Shown here in pieces: positions 1 through 20,213 of a DNA stretch of 64,000 bases. Made by a program: the position numbers and the translations under genes. Location: assembly GCF_009914755.1 (NCBI RefSeq), contig NC_060928.1. The stretch is one strand, 5' to 3'. Position 1 is the first letter of the stretch. Each line of letters begins with the position of its first letter. The notes beneath the pieces were generated by a model. It worked only from the letters and a program-made list of their open reading frames with translations, was not told the origin of the DNA and did not search any database. This DNA is from the human T2T-CHM13v2.0 reference genome, Homo sapiens.

Positions 1-38
1 GTATCCTACAGTCCATAGGATGTGATTGGTGCTATTCA

Positions 39-71
39 CACTTGAGCTTAGCCAGGAGGCTGAGAAGCAAT
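39..71 (-). pseudogene. 3'-truncated (tailless) U2 snRNA retropseudogene, U2 nt 1-33
   Basis: Reverse complement ATTGCTTCTCAGCCTCCTGGCTAAGCTCAAGTG matches the U2 5' end ATCGCTTCTCGGCCTTTTGGCTAAGATCAAGTG at 28/33, with two differences at CpGs. It is flanked by direct repeats GTGATTGGTGCTATTCA (22-38) and GTGATTGGTGATGTTCA (72-88). Confidence 0.85.
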
Positions 72-129
72 GTGATTGGTGATGTTCAATGGAGAAGATG
101 GTAGTAGAGCAAAAGCCAAATCGCATCTT

Positions 130-722
130 AGCCTTGTCTATTGCGATCACCTCTCAACTGCACTTTCTACTTCTAACCTTTCCTTTCTTCAACCATCCTT
201 CTTTCTACCCAAAGTTATCTTTCTAAAAGCCAAATTTAGTGATATCACTCCTTTGGTTAAAATGTTTTGATGGCTCCCATTGCCTGAAGACTTCAAAGTT
301 CTCCCAATTGAGGTGACGCTCAACTGACACCTTTTGCTACAATCAACTCTATATTATTTGCCCTTCTTTAGCAGGTCCTAATTTTTAATACCTTTTGCCT
401 TTGCTAATACTGGCCCTTCAAAATAAAATACCTCCTAATCTCTACCAATGGCCTCACAACCTATCTCAGGTATCTCCTCCTGTGTGAGGACACCCCTAAT
501 CCTGCAGGCAAAATGAATGCCTCCTTTCAATGCTTCCATAGAACTTTTCAGGGGTTGCTATTGGGTTATTATATCATGTTAACTAAATAATGATTTGTTT
601 ATATATCGTGTCTCTCCTAATGTGGTACAAAACATATGACAGTATTATATTCATTCTTATAGCCCCGGTACCCAGCATTGTCCACATATGTTGTCTTTCA
701 CTGCTTTTGAATGAATGAATGC
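130..722 (+). mobile_element. Degraded LINE-2 3' portion
   Basis: L2-like wording (ATCACTCCTTTGGTTAAAA...TGGCTCCCATTGCC) ending in the L2 tail TGAATGAATGAATG; boundaries approximate. Confidence 0.55.
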
Positions 723-1759
723 ATAAAATGGCTGCTAAAATATAAGATGTTTGGGAATGTAGAGAGCTGAGCATGTTTGAAGGCAGAACAGAAGGAATAA
801 GTCAAGGGAAAAGATGGCTAACGCTGAGAGAGGGAAAGGAGGAGATAATTAATGAGCTACATCCCGAAGAAGACAGGATGAATGATATAAATAACAAAGA
901 TGGTGAAGTGAGACTTGGGAAGAAAAAGAGACAAATTGTCAACTGAACCAGGAGACCGTGGACAGGAGACCATAAGTGAATTGACAGTCATTGAGCCCCT
1001 TTTATGCACCAGGTACTGGGATAGGTTCTTTATGTATCTTTGCTCATTATGTAGCATTACAAGCCTTGTGACCTGTCCATTTACAGATGACCAGGCCAAA
1101 TTGAAGGGTTTTAGAATTTGGTTTTAGTCACGGAAGTCAAGTTTGAGCCCTGGGCCGTTTTTTCCCAGTCTCCTGCTTTTTCCATGAAATAAAAATTGTC
1201 AGTGGTTGGAGGCCACACTAGGAGATCAGGAGGACAAGGCATTTTCAACGGTTAGAAGGCAAAATTAAAATGACTTAGAGTGCGTCTGGGCTGGGTTACT
1301 AGATAAGTGAAGCCAGAAGGCTGCTTACATTCACATAGGCATATTTTATCCTGCTCCTTTACCAGCTTGGGCTGAGAAAGAAAAGGCTACTGTTATGTTT
1401 TAGAGTTTGCAATAATCTTCTGAATGTTTCCAGCACATTCCCTTGGATTCAGAAAGACTGTATTAGATACTTTATTTCACAAATACCCATGAAGCACATG
1501 CTATTATGTGCTCAGTATGGGGAATTTCTTGTGAGATATCAAATAAGAATCAGACATAGTCCTTAAGGAAAAGATATTTTAATGGAGTTTTGATAGAAAG
1601 AAAATCACTATTCCATGAGAAGAATATTATACATGCTGTAAAAGTGATTCAAAGAAAAAGATGAGACAATAATTGATCTGAATCTAATGATATATTTGGA
1701 AGAGATTATGTTAAACGAAGAAGGCAGGATAGGCATTCCATCAGAAAGAAAGGAATGCA

Positions 1760-1865
1760 AGAAAGGAGAGAGGAGAAGCAGAGAGGGGAGGGGAGGACGG
1801 AAGGGGAGGGGAAGGGGGGAGGGGAGGAGAGAAAAGAGGAGGGGAGAGGAGAGGAGAGGAGAACA
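1760..1865 (+). repeat. GA-rich low-complexity polypurine tract (GGGGA/GGAGA units)
   Basis: About 100 nt almost entirely G/A; it produces the spurious R/G/E-rich ORF 1687..1944. Confidence 0.9.
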
Positions 1866-2099
1866 CAGAAGATTGACTGTGAGGAACAGGAAGGTGATTC
1901 AGGGAGCCAGAGGTAGTCCAGTGTGTATCACTGGAAAAGGCTAAGATTAAACACCACGAGTAACGTGTACAATTTTGAGTTACAGGCTAAGATATTATTA
2001 AGATCCGTACCCAGCAGGCATTAGGGAGCCACTGAGGCTTGAAGAAAACTCCAATACAGGCAGTGTGATTTTACAGATTTGGGTCAAGTTTATTATTCA

Positions 2100-2585
2100 A
2101 GTAAAATCCTTCTGTGGCTTCTCATTGCTGTTAGAATAAAGTCTAAAATCCGTATCAGGCCCCTTCAAGTCATACATCACCTGGTTTCAACCTAACTCGA
2201 TGCTGCTCCCAGCCCTCCCACCCCAGGGGTTTAACATATTCTGCTCCCCCTAAAAGACTCTCTCCCCTTCTTCCCTTGGGAAATGCCCCACTTTCTCTCA
2301 AATCTCAACATACACATCACTTTCTCAGGAAGAATTTACCCTCTGATATTCTAGGCTAGATTAGTGCCTCTAGTTATAACTTCAAGGCAAACTGTCCTTT
2401 CTAACATCGAATTAGAATTATAATTCTATAGGTATTTGGATCATTACTTGTTTAATGCCCATCTGCAAAATTAAACTGTAAATTCCATGAAAGCAGGAAC
2501 TACGTAAAACCGGCTAATAAACATTATCTCCATGTCTAACACAGAAGAGTAATACATAAATCAGCTCAAGCCTATGAATGATTGA
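2100..2585 (+). mobile_element. Degraded LINE-2 3' portion
   Basis: AAAATCCTTCTGTGGCTTCTCATTGCTGTTAGAATAAAGTCTAAAATCC ... CTGTAAATTCCATGAAAGCAGGAAC ... TGAATGATTGAA tail. Confidence 0.6.
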
Positions 2586-2722
2586 AGATGACTTATTTGA
2601 TGTAAGGCCCTGAGATGAAAAGATAAGGAAGCTGTTGAGACATCTAGTAAAAGGGTTATTGAAAGTATGACACAAATAGAAATGGAGAAGTGTGTTTGAG
2701 ATGTATTTTAAGAGTAGAAGCA

Positions 2723-3019
2723 GGCCAGGCATGGTGGCTCACACCTGTAATCTCAGCACTTTGGGAGGCTGAGGGAGGCCGATCACGAGGTCAGGAGATC
2801 GAGACCACCCTGGCCAACATGGTGAAACCCCGTCTCTACTAAAATTACAAAAATTAGCTGGGCATGGTGGCGCGTGCTCGTAATCCCAGCTACTTGGAAG
2901 GCTGAGACAGGAGAATCGTTTGAACCTGGGAGGCAGAGGTTGCAGTGGCCGGGATCGCGCCACTGCAATCCAGCCTGGTGACAGCAAGACTCCGTCTAAA
3001 AACAAACAAACAAAAAAAA
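2723..3019 (+). mobile_element. Alu SINE (AluS, Sc-like)
   Basis: Full dimer GGCCAGGCATGGTGGCTCAC... with an A-rich tail; GTAGAAGCA on both sides as TSD core. Confidence 0.95.
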
Positions 3020-3776
3020 GGTAGAAGCAGCAGGACTTGGAATTTATTGAATGGATTATGTCTAAGTAACTTGAGAGGCCTGATAAAAAAAAATTTAACA
3101 TGTTCCATTGGTTTTCTATCTTTCCTGATTTTAAAGAAATCCTTTCTCAGGTCTGTTATAGTATCTCCCAATAGCCATTCCTTTTATCCTATGCATTCTT
3201 TATAGAACAGTCTAAAAATATTTATTGAGCACCTACTATGTGCCTGGCGCTCTTATGGGTGCTTGAACACATCAGCAAACAAAGCAAGCAAAGGTCCCAA
3301 CATTCGTGGAGCTTACATTTTTGGCAGAAAGGTACAGAACCTAAAGGGTAAACTGCAGATATAAGCATATTATAGTATGCATTCAAAGGCGGTAGGTATA
3401 GGAAAAAGAAAAGTAGAACAGTGTAAAAGGGATCGATAGAAACAGCCCAGTAGCACTACCCCAGTTATCTATAGCACATAACATGTATTAATTTTAAAAG
3501 CATCTCTCTTTTTTTTGTTTGTTTTACTTCTAATGAAACCCAGAAACGTTCCAAGTAGGCATTCAGTGAAATGTAATTGCTCTTTTTCTCATCTGTTTCT
3601 TGGAGATAAAATCCTCAAGGGCAGAGAAGAAGCAAGGTATCACAGAAGCAGGAAGAAAGCTCCTGGTTGGAGCTGGGAGCAAGAGTTCTGCACCAGCACT
3701 CTACACATCAGTTCAGGAGCTCTCAGCTCCTCTCCCAACTCAGCGCTCAGCATCTCAGCATAGTTCCTCAGACTTC

Positions 3777-4136
<360 letters not shown>

Positions 4137-5498
4137 TAGGCTGAAAATATTTTCTTAAGCTACTTTTGTGCTTCTCACTTTTCATCAGTTTCTTCTCTCT
4201 AAAAGTCTTTCATGGACTTACTAACCTACAGGAAAGCACTGGACAATGCATTTTATTTGTGGGTGAAAGTTATTTTAAATAACTAGTTAGCTACATTTAA
4301 TTTTTCATTCATGAATTATAATTTTTCATGGCTTTCTGAATAGTATTAATAAAATTTGCATATTCATTCTAACAGTAAATAACATAATAAAAGATAATAA
4401 ATATTTAATAGCTTTTCCTTAACTTTTAGAAAACAGTTGGAACAATTCAACTTGTTAAGACACTGTTTACTTAGAAACTTTCTCAAAGCAGAAGGTAAAT
4501 ATATTTTTTAATTGCTCATTACCTAAACAGTAAGAAAAGAATAAATTAACTTCTTCATTATCTTAGTCTACAGGAAGACTATTTTTTAAACGAAAGAACA
4601 GTTTGTTAAATAGATTCCAATTATTTATATAAGTTAAAGCTTAACTACAATAAGTTTAAAAGTCATATATTCAATTATTATTTTCATTTATTCCCAATAA
4701 TGGAGTTATTTTGTTAGATTAAATGTCCTGATTATTTTGGCTTTGGGCAGACATGACTTTAATGTGTTTATAGGTTTTCAATTAATACATCAGTAATTTC
4801 CATAAAATTCTAGCTGCTTGACTTCTCCTTTAAAAAAAAAGAAGTTTAATACTCTTCATTTCTTCCTATCTGTCTGCCTCATTCATGTATATGTTTATAT
4901 TCCCCTCTGTCCCTGAAGGTATATAAATTGACAATCTCAATTCATTGATCAAAGAAAAAGTATCAGAAATGGACCCTATTCCTCAAAAGGCTTGCAACGT
5001 AGTAAGAGTGACAAAAAATAAATAATAAATTCAAAAAATAATTAAATACAAAAAGGCAACTTTAATAGGATGTTAACTTTGTTTCTTCTGCATATATTGA
5101 ATTTTCAGATGAGATACTATCCCCACTCCCCAAAATAAAACAAAACCTGGGAGCAATGCCATAGGTGCCAAACCACCTCAAAGGTATGAAACAGACATTG
5201 AAGACTGACCCAGTGCGAGAGGATAAGAATTCCTTCGGGAAGTTGTTGGGGAGTTGTGGTACCATGATACCAGGCAGGGGAGTGTTTCCTTGTAAATTCC
5301 TTGTAAACTTAATTCAGTTGAGGAGGACTTAAGGGTAGCCACCCAAAATGTTTAGTGTGTGTCTTTGGCATCTCAGGAACCCAGAGACTGATGTCTGACT
5401 TTTCCAGCACCAAAGTGGTGGCCAACTGGAACAGAAAGAGCTGAGCTGGGAGTGAGCTATACAACCATCATCAGGTTCCTCCCCAGCAGAAGCAAAGC

Positions 5499-5501
<3 letters not shown>

Positions 5502-5532
<31 letters not shown>
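5502..5532. repeat. (GT)n microsatellite
   Basis: About 15 uninterrupted GT units. Confidence 0.95.
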
Positions 5533-5533
<1 letters not shown>

Positions 5534-5849
5534 TGGTGTATTGGGAAGAAAATATTAGAAAAAGATTGGAGGTTTTCGTTTGACCCTGAATTCAGCTTTT
5601 TAAAGCCAAACCTGAGGGGCCATTAACTTTTTACCTGAGAGTAATCTTGAAAAGTATGAGATTACTTGATATTTTTACCCCAAGTTCTGGAACTACAGTT
5701 TGTTGAAAGTAGGTTGAAAGGTGGCAGGAGAAGGAAATGATGACGTTGTTTCCTTCGGGTGCCCTTCCTAGTCCTGTTCATCAGATGAAGTGACACAATC
5801 GATCGGCATGAGGGACCACCAAGGTTGTTCACTATGAAATACAGAAAAA

Positions 5850-9393
<3,544 letters not shown>

Positions 9394-10100
9394 TTATTAA
9401 ACCAAATAAAAGAGATGAGTGTGCATTGCAGAGAACAACACAATTTTCATGAAAACAAAATGAAAAAAGGTTGGAAAAGAGTTGGGGACCAGTTACAGAA
9501 AACTTTAGAGTTTGGACATCATAAAGTCTGGGGACACATTAAACTGTGGCCCTGTTGCCTAAAAAGTTCAGTGGATCATTCTGCAAAACTAATTAAAATC
9601 TGAAAATTGACTTTGAACATAGAGAATAAAAATACACTATGGCTTCAAATGCTCTGCATTTTCTTTAAGAAATTTTTATTAAGTGGCTTATCAAAGCCGA
9701 TTATTAGCCCCCACTATTAAATATACCAAGTAAATCAAGATGTAAACAAACATATTAAACTACCATTTCATTAAGGGCACAATTTGAAAGTTAATTGGAT
9801 AAGAAGTGAATAAAGACAGGAAAGGCAACAGTGTGAGTGAGTGGTTCAAAAGAAATGATAGCCTGGAAACATCATTTGAAGAGCAATACAGCGAGGAAGT
9901 AGATCAAAAGATACCGCTTCCCAGGAGTTTCTTGTGTCATTTTAAATAATTTTTAATATATGGAGGTAAGCATGGATCTAGGAACAGAATTTTGAACTTA
10001 AAATCAGTGGGTAAAAACTGTTGTTGTACCTAGTTGTACATCAAACTCCTGAGTATATTAACTGTACATTCATTATATGAGTATACTAATTTATGCTAAT

Positions 10101-10575
10101 TGTTGGGAAAGACAGTCCCCCCTCAGTCTCTTGGGCTCTTACATGTCTTACTGGGTTTATCAAGAATGCAAAGCACTGACTGCTGTTTTCTGGGGCTATT
10201 TCTCAGGGTCATGTTTGCAGAGCAACCTAGAGAGATGATGTCAAGTCTCTCTCTGGGACAAAGAGCTTGTTTTCTTACTGCTTGCTTTAAAACCAATGGA
10301 TTCCCCAAATTCAGTGTTACCTGGCTACAGGCAAACCCACTGTGCATATAGCATCCATCTCGTCCCTCCACATCACTCCCATGAGATCTGAAGAAGGGAC
10401 AAAGGAAACAACACAAACATGATGATGCTCATGCTGCTGATGGACCTTTGAGTGTTGAAGTCCTTTGTTTCTGACCCAGGAGTCTTGTGTTTTGTGCCAG
10501 TTATCCATGAAGCATTAATTAGCTAGTTTACTAGCTTGTATGCAGGGTGAAATCTCAGACCTGAGAATCATCATT
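10101..10575 (+). mobile_element. ERVL solo LTR (LTR40-like)
   Basis: Starts TGTTGGGA; contains AAGTCCTTTGTTTCTGACCCAGGAGTCTTGTG and TAGCTTG..GGGTGAAATCTCAGACC, as I recall for LTR40 3' ends. Confidence 0.6.
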
Positions 10576-13500
10576 GATATGTGTAGTCTTTACCATGCAC
10601 ATGACTTCCCCTGGTTGGGTATATCACTCAAGAATATTCAAAATACTGTATTTGGAATATTATGTTATGCTACTAGTCTAATCATTCCTTACTTGTTGGA
10701 GAACTGTTCATTGTTAATGCCTCAAGGCAAATTAGTAACATGTATATACCTGAATAATTCAGAATCCTTTTCTTACTTTTTTTACATATTCATCTTTTAA
10801 ATAAGCTTCATCAACAATTTCTCATCATTTGAACCTCCCAACTCTTACCCTTTTCACCAGTTTGTATTGGCTCTCTTTCTCCTCCAGAGACCTGAACACA
10901 CAAAACACACAACTTGAATTAAAAATAGAGAGCTGGTCTGTTGGGGTTCTCTTCTCTACTCATACTGTGACATTGATTGCAACTTGAACATGTCAAGGAG
11001 TTACCTCAACCTTATAACAATATATAAAATAATAAATAGATGTGGCAACATAAAAATATTGCTATAATCTTATAAACGGCAGGTTGAAGTAAGATAATTA
11101 TGAGGATGAATAGCCTTATTGGTGTCAAATACAATAGTATTTTCGGTAAGTGTGTGACAGAGCGTCTTCTATTCCTTTGCAACCAATAGTGAAGACTGGT
11201 GGAAATATGAACTTTTTCTCAGATTCATAAAGGCATAAGAAGAGATAGTGACATAATTATAATTATATTAAGAAGCATGGTTGATTGGTTGTCAGCACAC
11301 TTACATTTAACAGTCTTGGGTGTTTTTACATGATAATGGCATAATGACAGTAATGAACTTAGAAGTTATTCTTAGCAAAGTATCATAGCAGAGTGCAATC
11401 GATTTCTGCAGAAGCTATAAATGCAATCTCCAACCTTATAGGTTATTGTAAATGCAAAGCACAAATTCTCATTCATAACTACTTAATTAAAGAACATTAT
11501 TGGTTTACCTGTAATTGCTTTAATTTATCACAGTGTTACAATTTATAAGTAATGTGTGTTATTCTTCAGTAGTTTTATTGTAATTACACATAATTTACAA
11601 TTCACATTACCGGATTTCTAATTAGCCCCTAAATATTCTTGGTTATAAAAATGAAAATACTATTTTAAGGAGAACAGGATAATTAACAATGTATTAAATC
11701 TATTGGCTGTCAAGCATTTAACAAACAATAAAGTCAACTAATTCAGGCAATTTAGATGATGGGTTATAAAATGTTATAAAGTTATGGAGTGCAACTTTGC
11801 CGCCATTAATAACACTGTTTCAAATTAATCTTGGTAGAACTCTGGTCAACATTTTATTTGGCAAAGCAACACATCCAGCATCTCCTTTTATGTTTGGGTG
11901 GATGGCACTGGAGAGGGACTGGTGTAGACATCAATCAGAATATTCCTAAACAAGCTTTCCTGATGTTACAGTTTCCAAGTTACTTGATTCAGAAGGTGGA
12001 ATAGTGAAAATTTCAATCTATTGAATCTATTGTGATTCTAGAGATTGGGAAAGATAATGTGGTTAGCTTAGTAAAATCACTATTTTGAATTTTCTTCAAA
12101 GTTTGTAAACAGCCTTGTTTTGGCATGATGTCGCAGTAGGCCAAAGTCACATGACCTCACCCTTTCACTTGAAGATAACTAAAGAAAGACACATGGTGAG
12201 CCATAAATGTTCTATAGAATATGCAGCCACCTATACAGTGTGTTTTGAAAAGTCTTTAAAATTCAGTATCTTTTAAATAAACCTGAAATTTCTATTATTA
12301 GAAACAATCCTTGCAGTTAGGCATTGATCCAGAAAGCTTCCATAAATGCAACTATAGTATGTACAGTGAATGAAATATGAATGGTCTTTATCACTGAATT
12401 CACGAGAATTCATTTTTAGATGAAATATATCAGGCAAGAGGTAGAAGGGACAGAGAAAATACTGTCAGAAAATAAAGAAGAGAAGAAAGTTCTGTTGAGG
12501 CAAGAAACCCAGCTAAAGTAACATAAAACTATGTGTGGTAGGGTGGGGATATGTCCAGCAACCCAAAGAACCTTGTGACATTTCTGTATACCAGGACAGA
12601 ATAGATCATTGAAGAAAATTGAGACTGGCATCCTTGCTTGGTAAGTTTGTCTAAGACCAACCATAAAATCTCCCTGCTAAGGTTTTTTGGGTTTTGGGGT
12701 TTTGTTGTTGTTGTTGTTTTAAATCCTGGTCCTTGAAGCTGTTGCATTTCCCTACCTTTAATGAAAATGGAGCTTTCTATAATTCAGAATAAAAATAATT
12801 GCTTATAACTTTTTAAATGGCATCAAAAGATATGGTCCTGGTGTGGCTGGCAAAATGGCCAAATAGGAACAGCTCCGGTCTGCAGCTCCCAGGAAGATCA
12901 ATACAGAAGGCAGTGATTTCTGCATTTCCAACTGAGGTACCCAGCTCATCTCATTGGGACTGGTTAGACAGTGGGTGCAGACCACGGAAGGCAAGCAGAA
13001 GCAGGGTGGGGCATCACCTCACCCAGGAGGTGCAAGGGGTCTGGGAACTCCCTCCCCTAGCCAAGGGAAGCCGTGAGGGACCGTGCTGTGAGGAACGGTG
13101 CACTCCAGCCCAGAAACTACACTTTTCCCATGGTCTTCGCAACCCACAGACCAGGAGATTCCCTTGGGTGCCTATGCCACCAGAGCCCTGGGTTTCAATC
13201 ACAAAACCAGGCAGCTGTTTGGGCAGACACCAAGCTAGCTGCAGGAGTTTTTTTCATACCCCAGTGGCACCTGGAATGCAAGCGAGACGGAACCGTTCAC
13301 TTCCCCAGAAAAGGGACCGAGTCCAGGGAGCCAAGTGGTCTACCATCCATGGAACCCAGCGGATCCCACCCTCACGGAACCCAGCAAGCCAAGATCCACT
13401 GGCTTGAAATTCTCAATGCCAGCACAGCAGTCTGAAATCGACCTGGGAAGCTCAAGCTTGGTAGAGGGAGCGGCGTTTGCCATTACTGGGGCCTGAGTAG

Positions 13501-14194
13501 GTGTTTTGCCCCTCACAGTGTAAATAAAGCCGCCAGGGAGTTCAAACTGGGCGGAGCCCACCGCAGCTCAGCAAAGCCACTGTGGCCAGACTGCCTCTCT
13601 AGATTCCTGCTCTCTGGGCAGGGCATCTCTGAAAGAAAGGCAGCAGCCCCAGTCAGGGGCTTATAGATAAAACCCCCATCTCCCTGGGACAGAGCACCTG
13701 GGGGAAGGGGTAGCTGTGGGCGCAGCTTCAACAGACTTAAACATTCCTGCCTGCCTGCTCCGAAGAGAGCAGCAGCTCTCTCAGCACAGTGCTCCAGCTC
13801 TGCTAAGGGACAGACTGACTCCTCAAGTGGGTCCCTGACCCCCATGCCTCATAACTGGGAGACACCTCCCAGCACGGGTCGACAGACAACTCATACAGGA
13901 GAGCTCCAGCTGGCATCTGGCAGGTGTCCCTCTGAGACGAAGCTTCCAGAGGAAGAAACAGACAGAAATCTTCTTTGCTGCTCTGCAGCCTCGTCTGGTG
14001 ATACCCAGGCAAACAAGGTCTGGAGTGGACCTCCAGCAAACTCCAGCAGACCTGCAGCAGAGAGGCCTGATTGTTACAAGGAAAACTAACAAACAGAAAG
14101 GAATAGAATCAACATCAACAAAAAGGACGTCCACACAAAAACCCCTTCTGAAGGTCACCAACATCAAAGACCAAAAGTAGATAAATCCACGAAG

Positions 14195-15215
14195 ATGAGG
14201 AAAAACCAGTATAAAAAGGCTGAAAATTCAAAAAACCAGAATGCCTCTTCTCCTCCAAAGGATCACAACTCCTCGCCAGCAAGGGAACAAAACTGGGTGG
14301 AGAATGAGTTTGATGAATTAACAGAAGTAGGCTTCAGAAGGTGGGTAATAACAAACTCCCCTGAGCTAAAGGACTATGTTCTAACCCAATGCAAGGAAGC
14401 TAAGAACCTTGAAAGAAGATTAGATGAAATGTTAACTAGAATAACCAGTTTAGAGAAGAACATAAATGACCTGATGGAGCTGAAAAACACAGCACAAGAA
14501 CTTCGTGAAGCATACACAAGTATCAATACCTGAATCAATCAAGCAGAAGAAAGGATATCAGAAATTGAAGATCAACTTGATGAAATAAAGCAGGAAGACA
14601 AGATTGGAGAAAAAAGAATGAGTAGGAAAGAACAACACCACCAAGAAATATGGGACTACGTGAAAAGACCAAACCTACGTTTGATGGGTGTGCCTGAAAG
14701 TGACGGGAAGAATGGAAGCAAGTTGGAAAACACTCTTCGGGATATTATCCAGGAGAACTTCCCCAGCCTAGCAAGACAGGCCAATATTCAAACTCAGGAA
14801 ATAAAGAGAACACCACAAAGATACTCCCCAAGAAGAGCAACCCCAAGACATAATTTTCAGGTTCACCAAGGTTGAAATGAAGGAAAAAAATGTTAAGGGC
14901 AGCCAGCGAGTAAGATCGGGTTACCCACAAAGGAAAGCCCATCAGACTAACAGTGGATCTCTCTGCAGAAACCCTACAAGCCAAAAGAGAGTGGGGGCCA
15001 ATATTCAACTTTCTTAAAGAAAAGAATTTCAACCCACAATTTCATATCCAGTGAAACTAAACTTCATAAGCGAAGAAGAAATAAAATCCTTTACAGACAA
15101 GCAAATGCTGAGAGATTTTGTCACCACTAGGCCTACCTTACAAGAGCTCCTGAAGGAAGCACTAAATATGGAACGAAAAACCGGTACCAGCCACTGTAAA
15201 AACATTCCAAATTGT
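14195..15215 (+). pseudogene. Disrupted L1 ORF1p
   Basis: MRKNQYKKAENSKNQNASSPPKD..., EIWDYVKRPNLRL, DFVTTRPTLQELLKEAL; broken by a stop at 14533 and frameshifts. Confidence 0.9.
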
Positions 15216-15280
15216 AAAGACCGTCGACACTATGAAGAAACTGCGTCAACCAACTGGCAAAATAACCAGCTAGCATCACA

Positions 15281-19089
<3,809 letters not shown>

Positions 19090-20173
19090 ACAATGAAAAC
19101 ACACGGACACAGGGAGGGGAGCATAACACACTGGGGCCTCCCAGGGGGTTGGGGGCAAGGGGAGGGATAGCATTAGGAGAAATAGCTAATGTAGATGACA
19201 GGTTGATGGGTGCAGCGAACCACCATGGCACCTGCATACCTATATAACAAACCTGCACGTTCTGCACATGTATCCCAGAACTTACAGTGTAATAAAAAAT
19301 AAAATAAGAAAATGTGTGACTGCATGAACGTTTCTGAAGCCCAGTCAAACCCAAGGTTAGAAGTTCTTGAATTGAGCTTTAGAAAGAGTAATAAATATAT
19401 TTTCTTGCAGTTATCAATCAGAAAATAAGATATGATCCTAAAATCATAAATTTTATTTACAGTTCAAGGCATATCACCATGACTGCCAATCATCTACTAA
19501 ATGCATCTGCCTTGAAATTTGGTTGTCATGAATAAACTAGGTCCATTACACCAATTATACTCACAACCACGAACTGTTAATAGCACAAATCTATTCTATG
19601 AACTTTTGTCGTCTGATATTGAAATACCCACACCCCCATCCAGCACCATATTATATTCAGAGACGTAACCAAAGAGGCTTCCAAAGACTGTGGCCATTTC
19701 AAGCAAATCAAGGGTTAATAGGTCTATCTAGCATCTTCCATTAGTGGGTGTCACTGTGATGAAATTAACAAAGCCCTATTCTGAAGACTTTCCGGACCAG
19801 CTTGGAAGCATTTTGTGATAATGGTGCTCATTGTAACCAGATTTGACCTGTGGTTTAGTATCAGCAACTAAAAATGCAGGCATTTAACTACACTGAATTT
19901 AATTCTAGCCCAAACCAAGCTTTTTAGTCAGCCTACGATATCACAAGAAATATTGTAGAATTGAATAGTTAGCTGCATTCAATCAGACTCAATAGATTTT
20001 TTGTGTATTTTTAGGTGAGAAATGTGAAATTAAGGTGTATGGGATGTCTGCATTTCCTTCTCTTCCTGGCTATCTTTATTTAATATGCTCAAATCAGTTA
20101 TTAGGTTATCAATGTGTCTCTATTATTTCTAGAAACAGTTTGATTAAATTGATTTTTCTATAGTAAAATTCCC

Positions 20174-20178
<5 letters not shown>

Positions 20179-20212
<34 letters not shown>

Positions 20213-20213
20213 C
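20179..20213. repeat. (TG)n(CG)n alternating purine-pyrimidine tract
   Basis: About 14 TG units run directly into CGCGCGC. Confidence 0.9.

Noticed and set aside
5286-5307. TTCCTTGTAAA tandem pair
   Set aside because: An ordinary 11-bp slippage duplication.
12817-13407. 196-aa ORF starting just upstream of the L1
   Set aside because: It is an open frame through the GC-rich L1 5'UTR with no recognisable protein.
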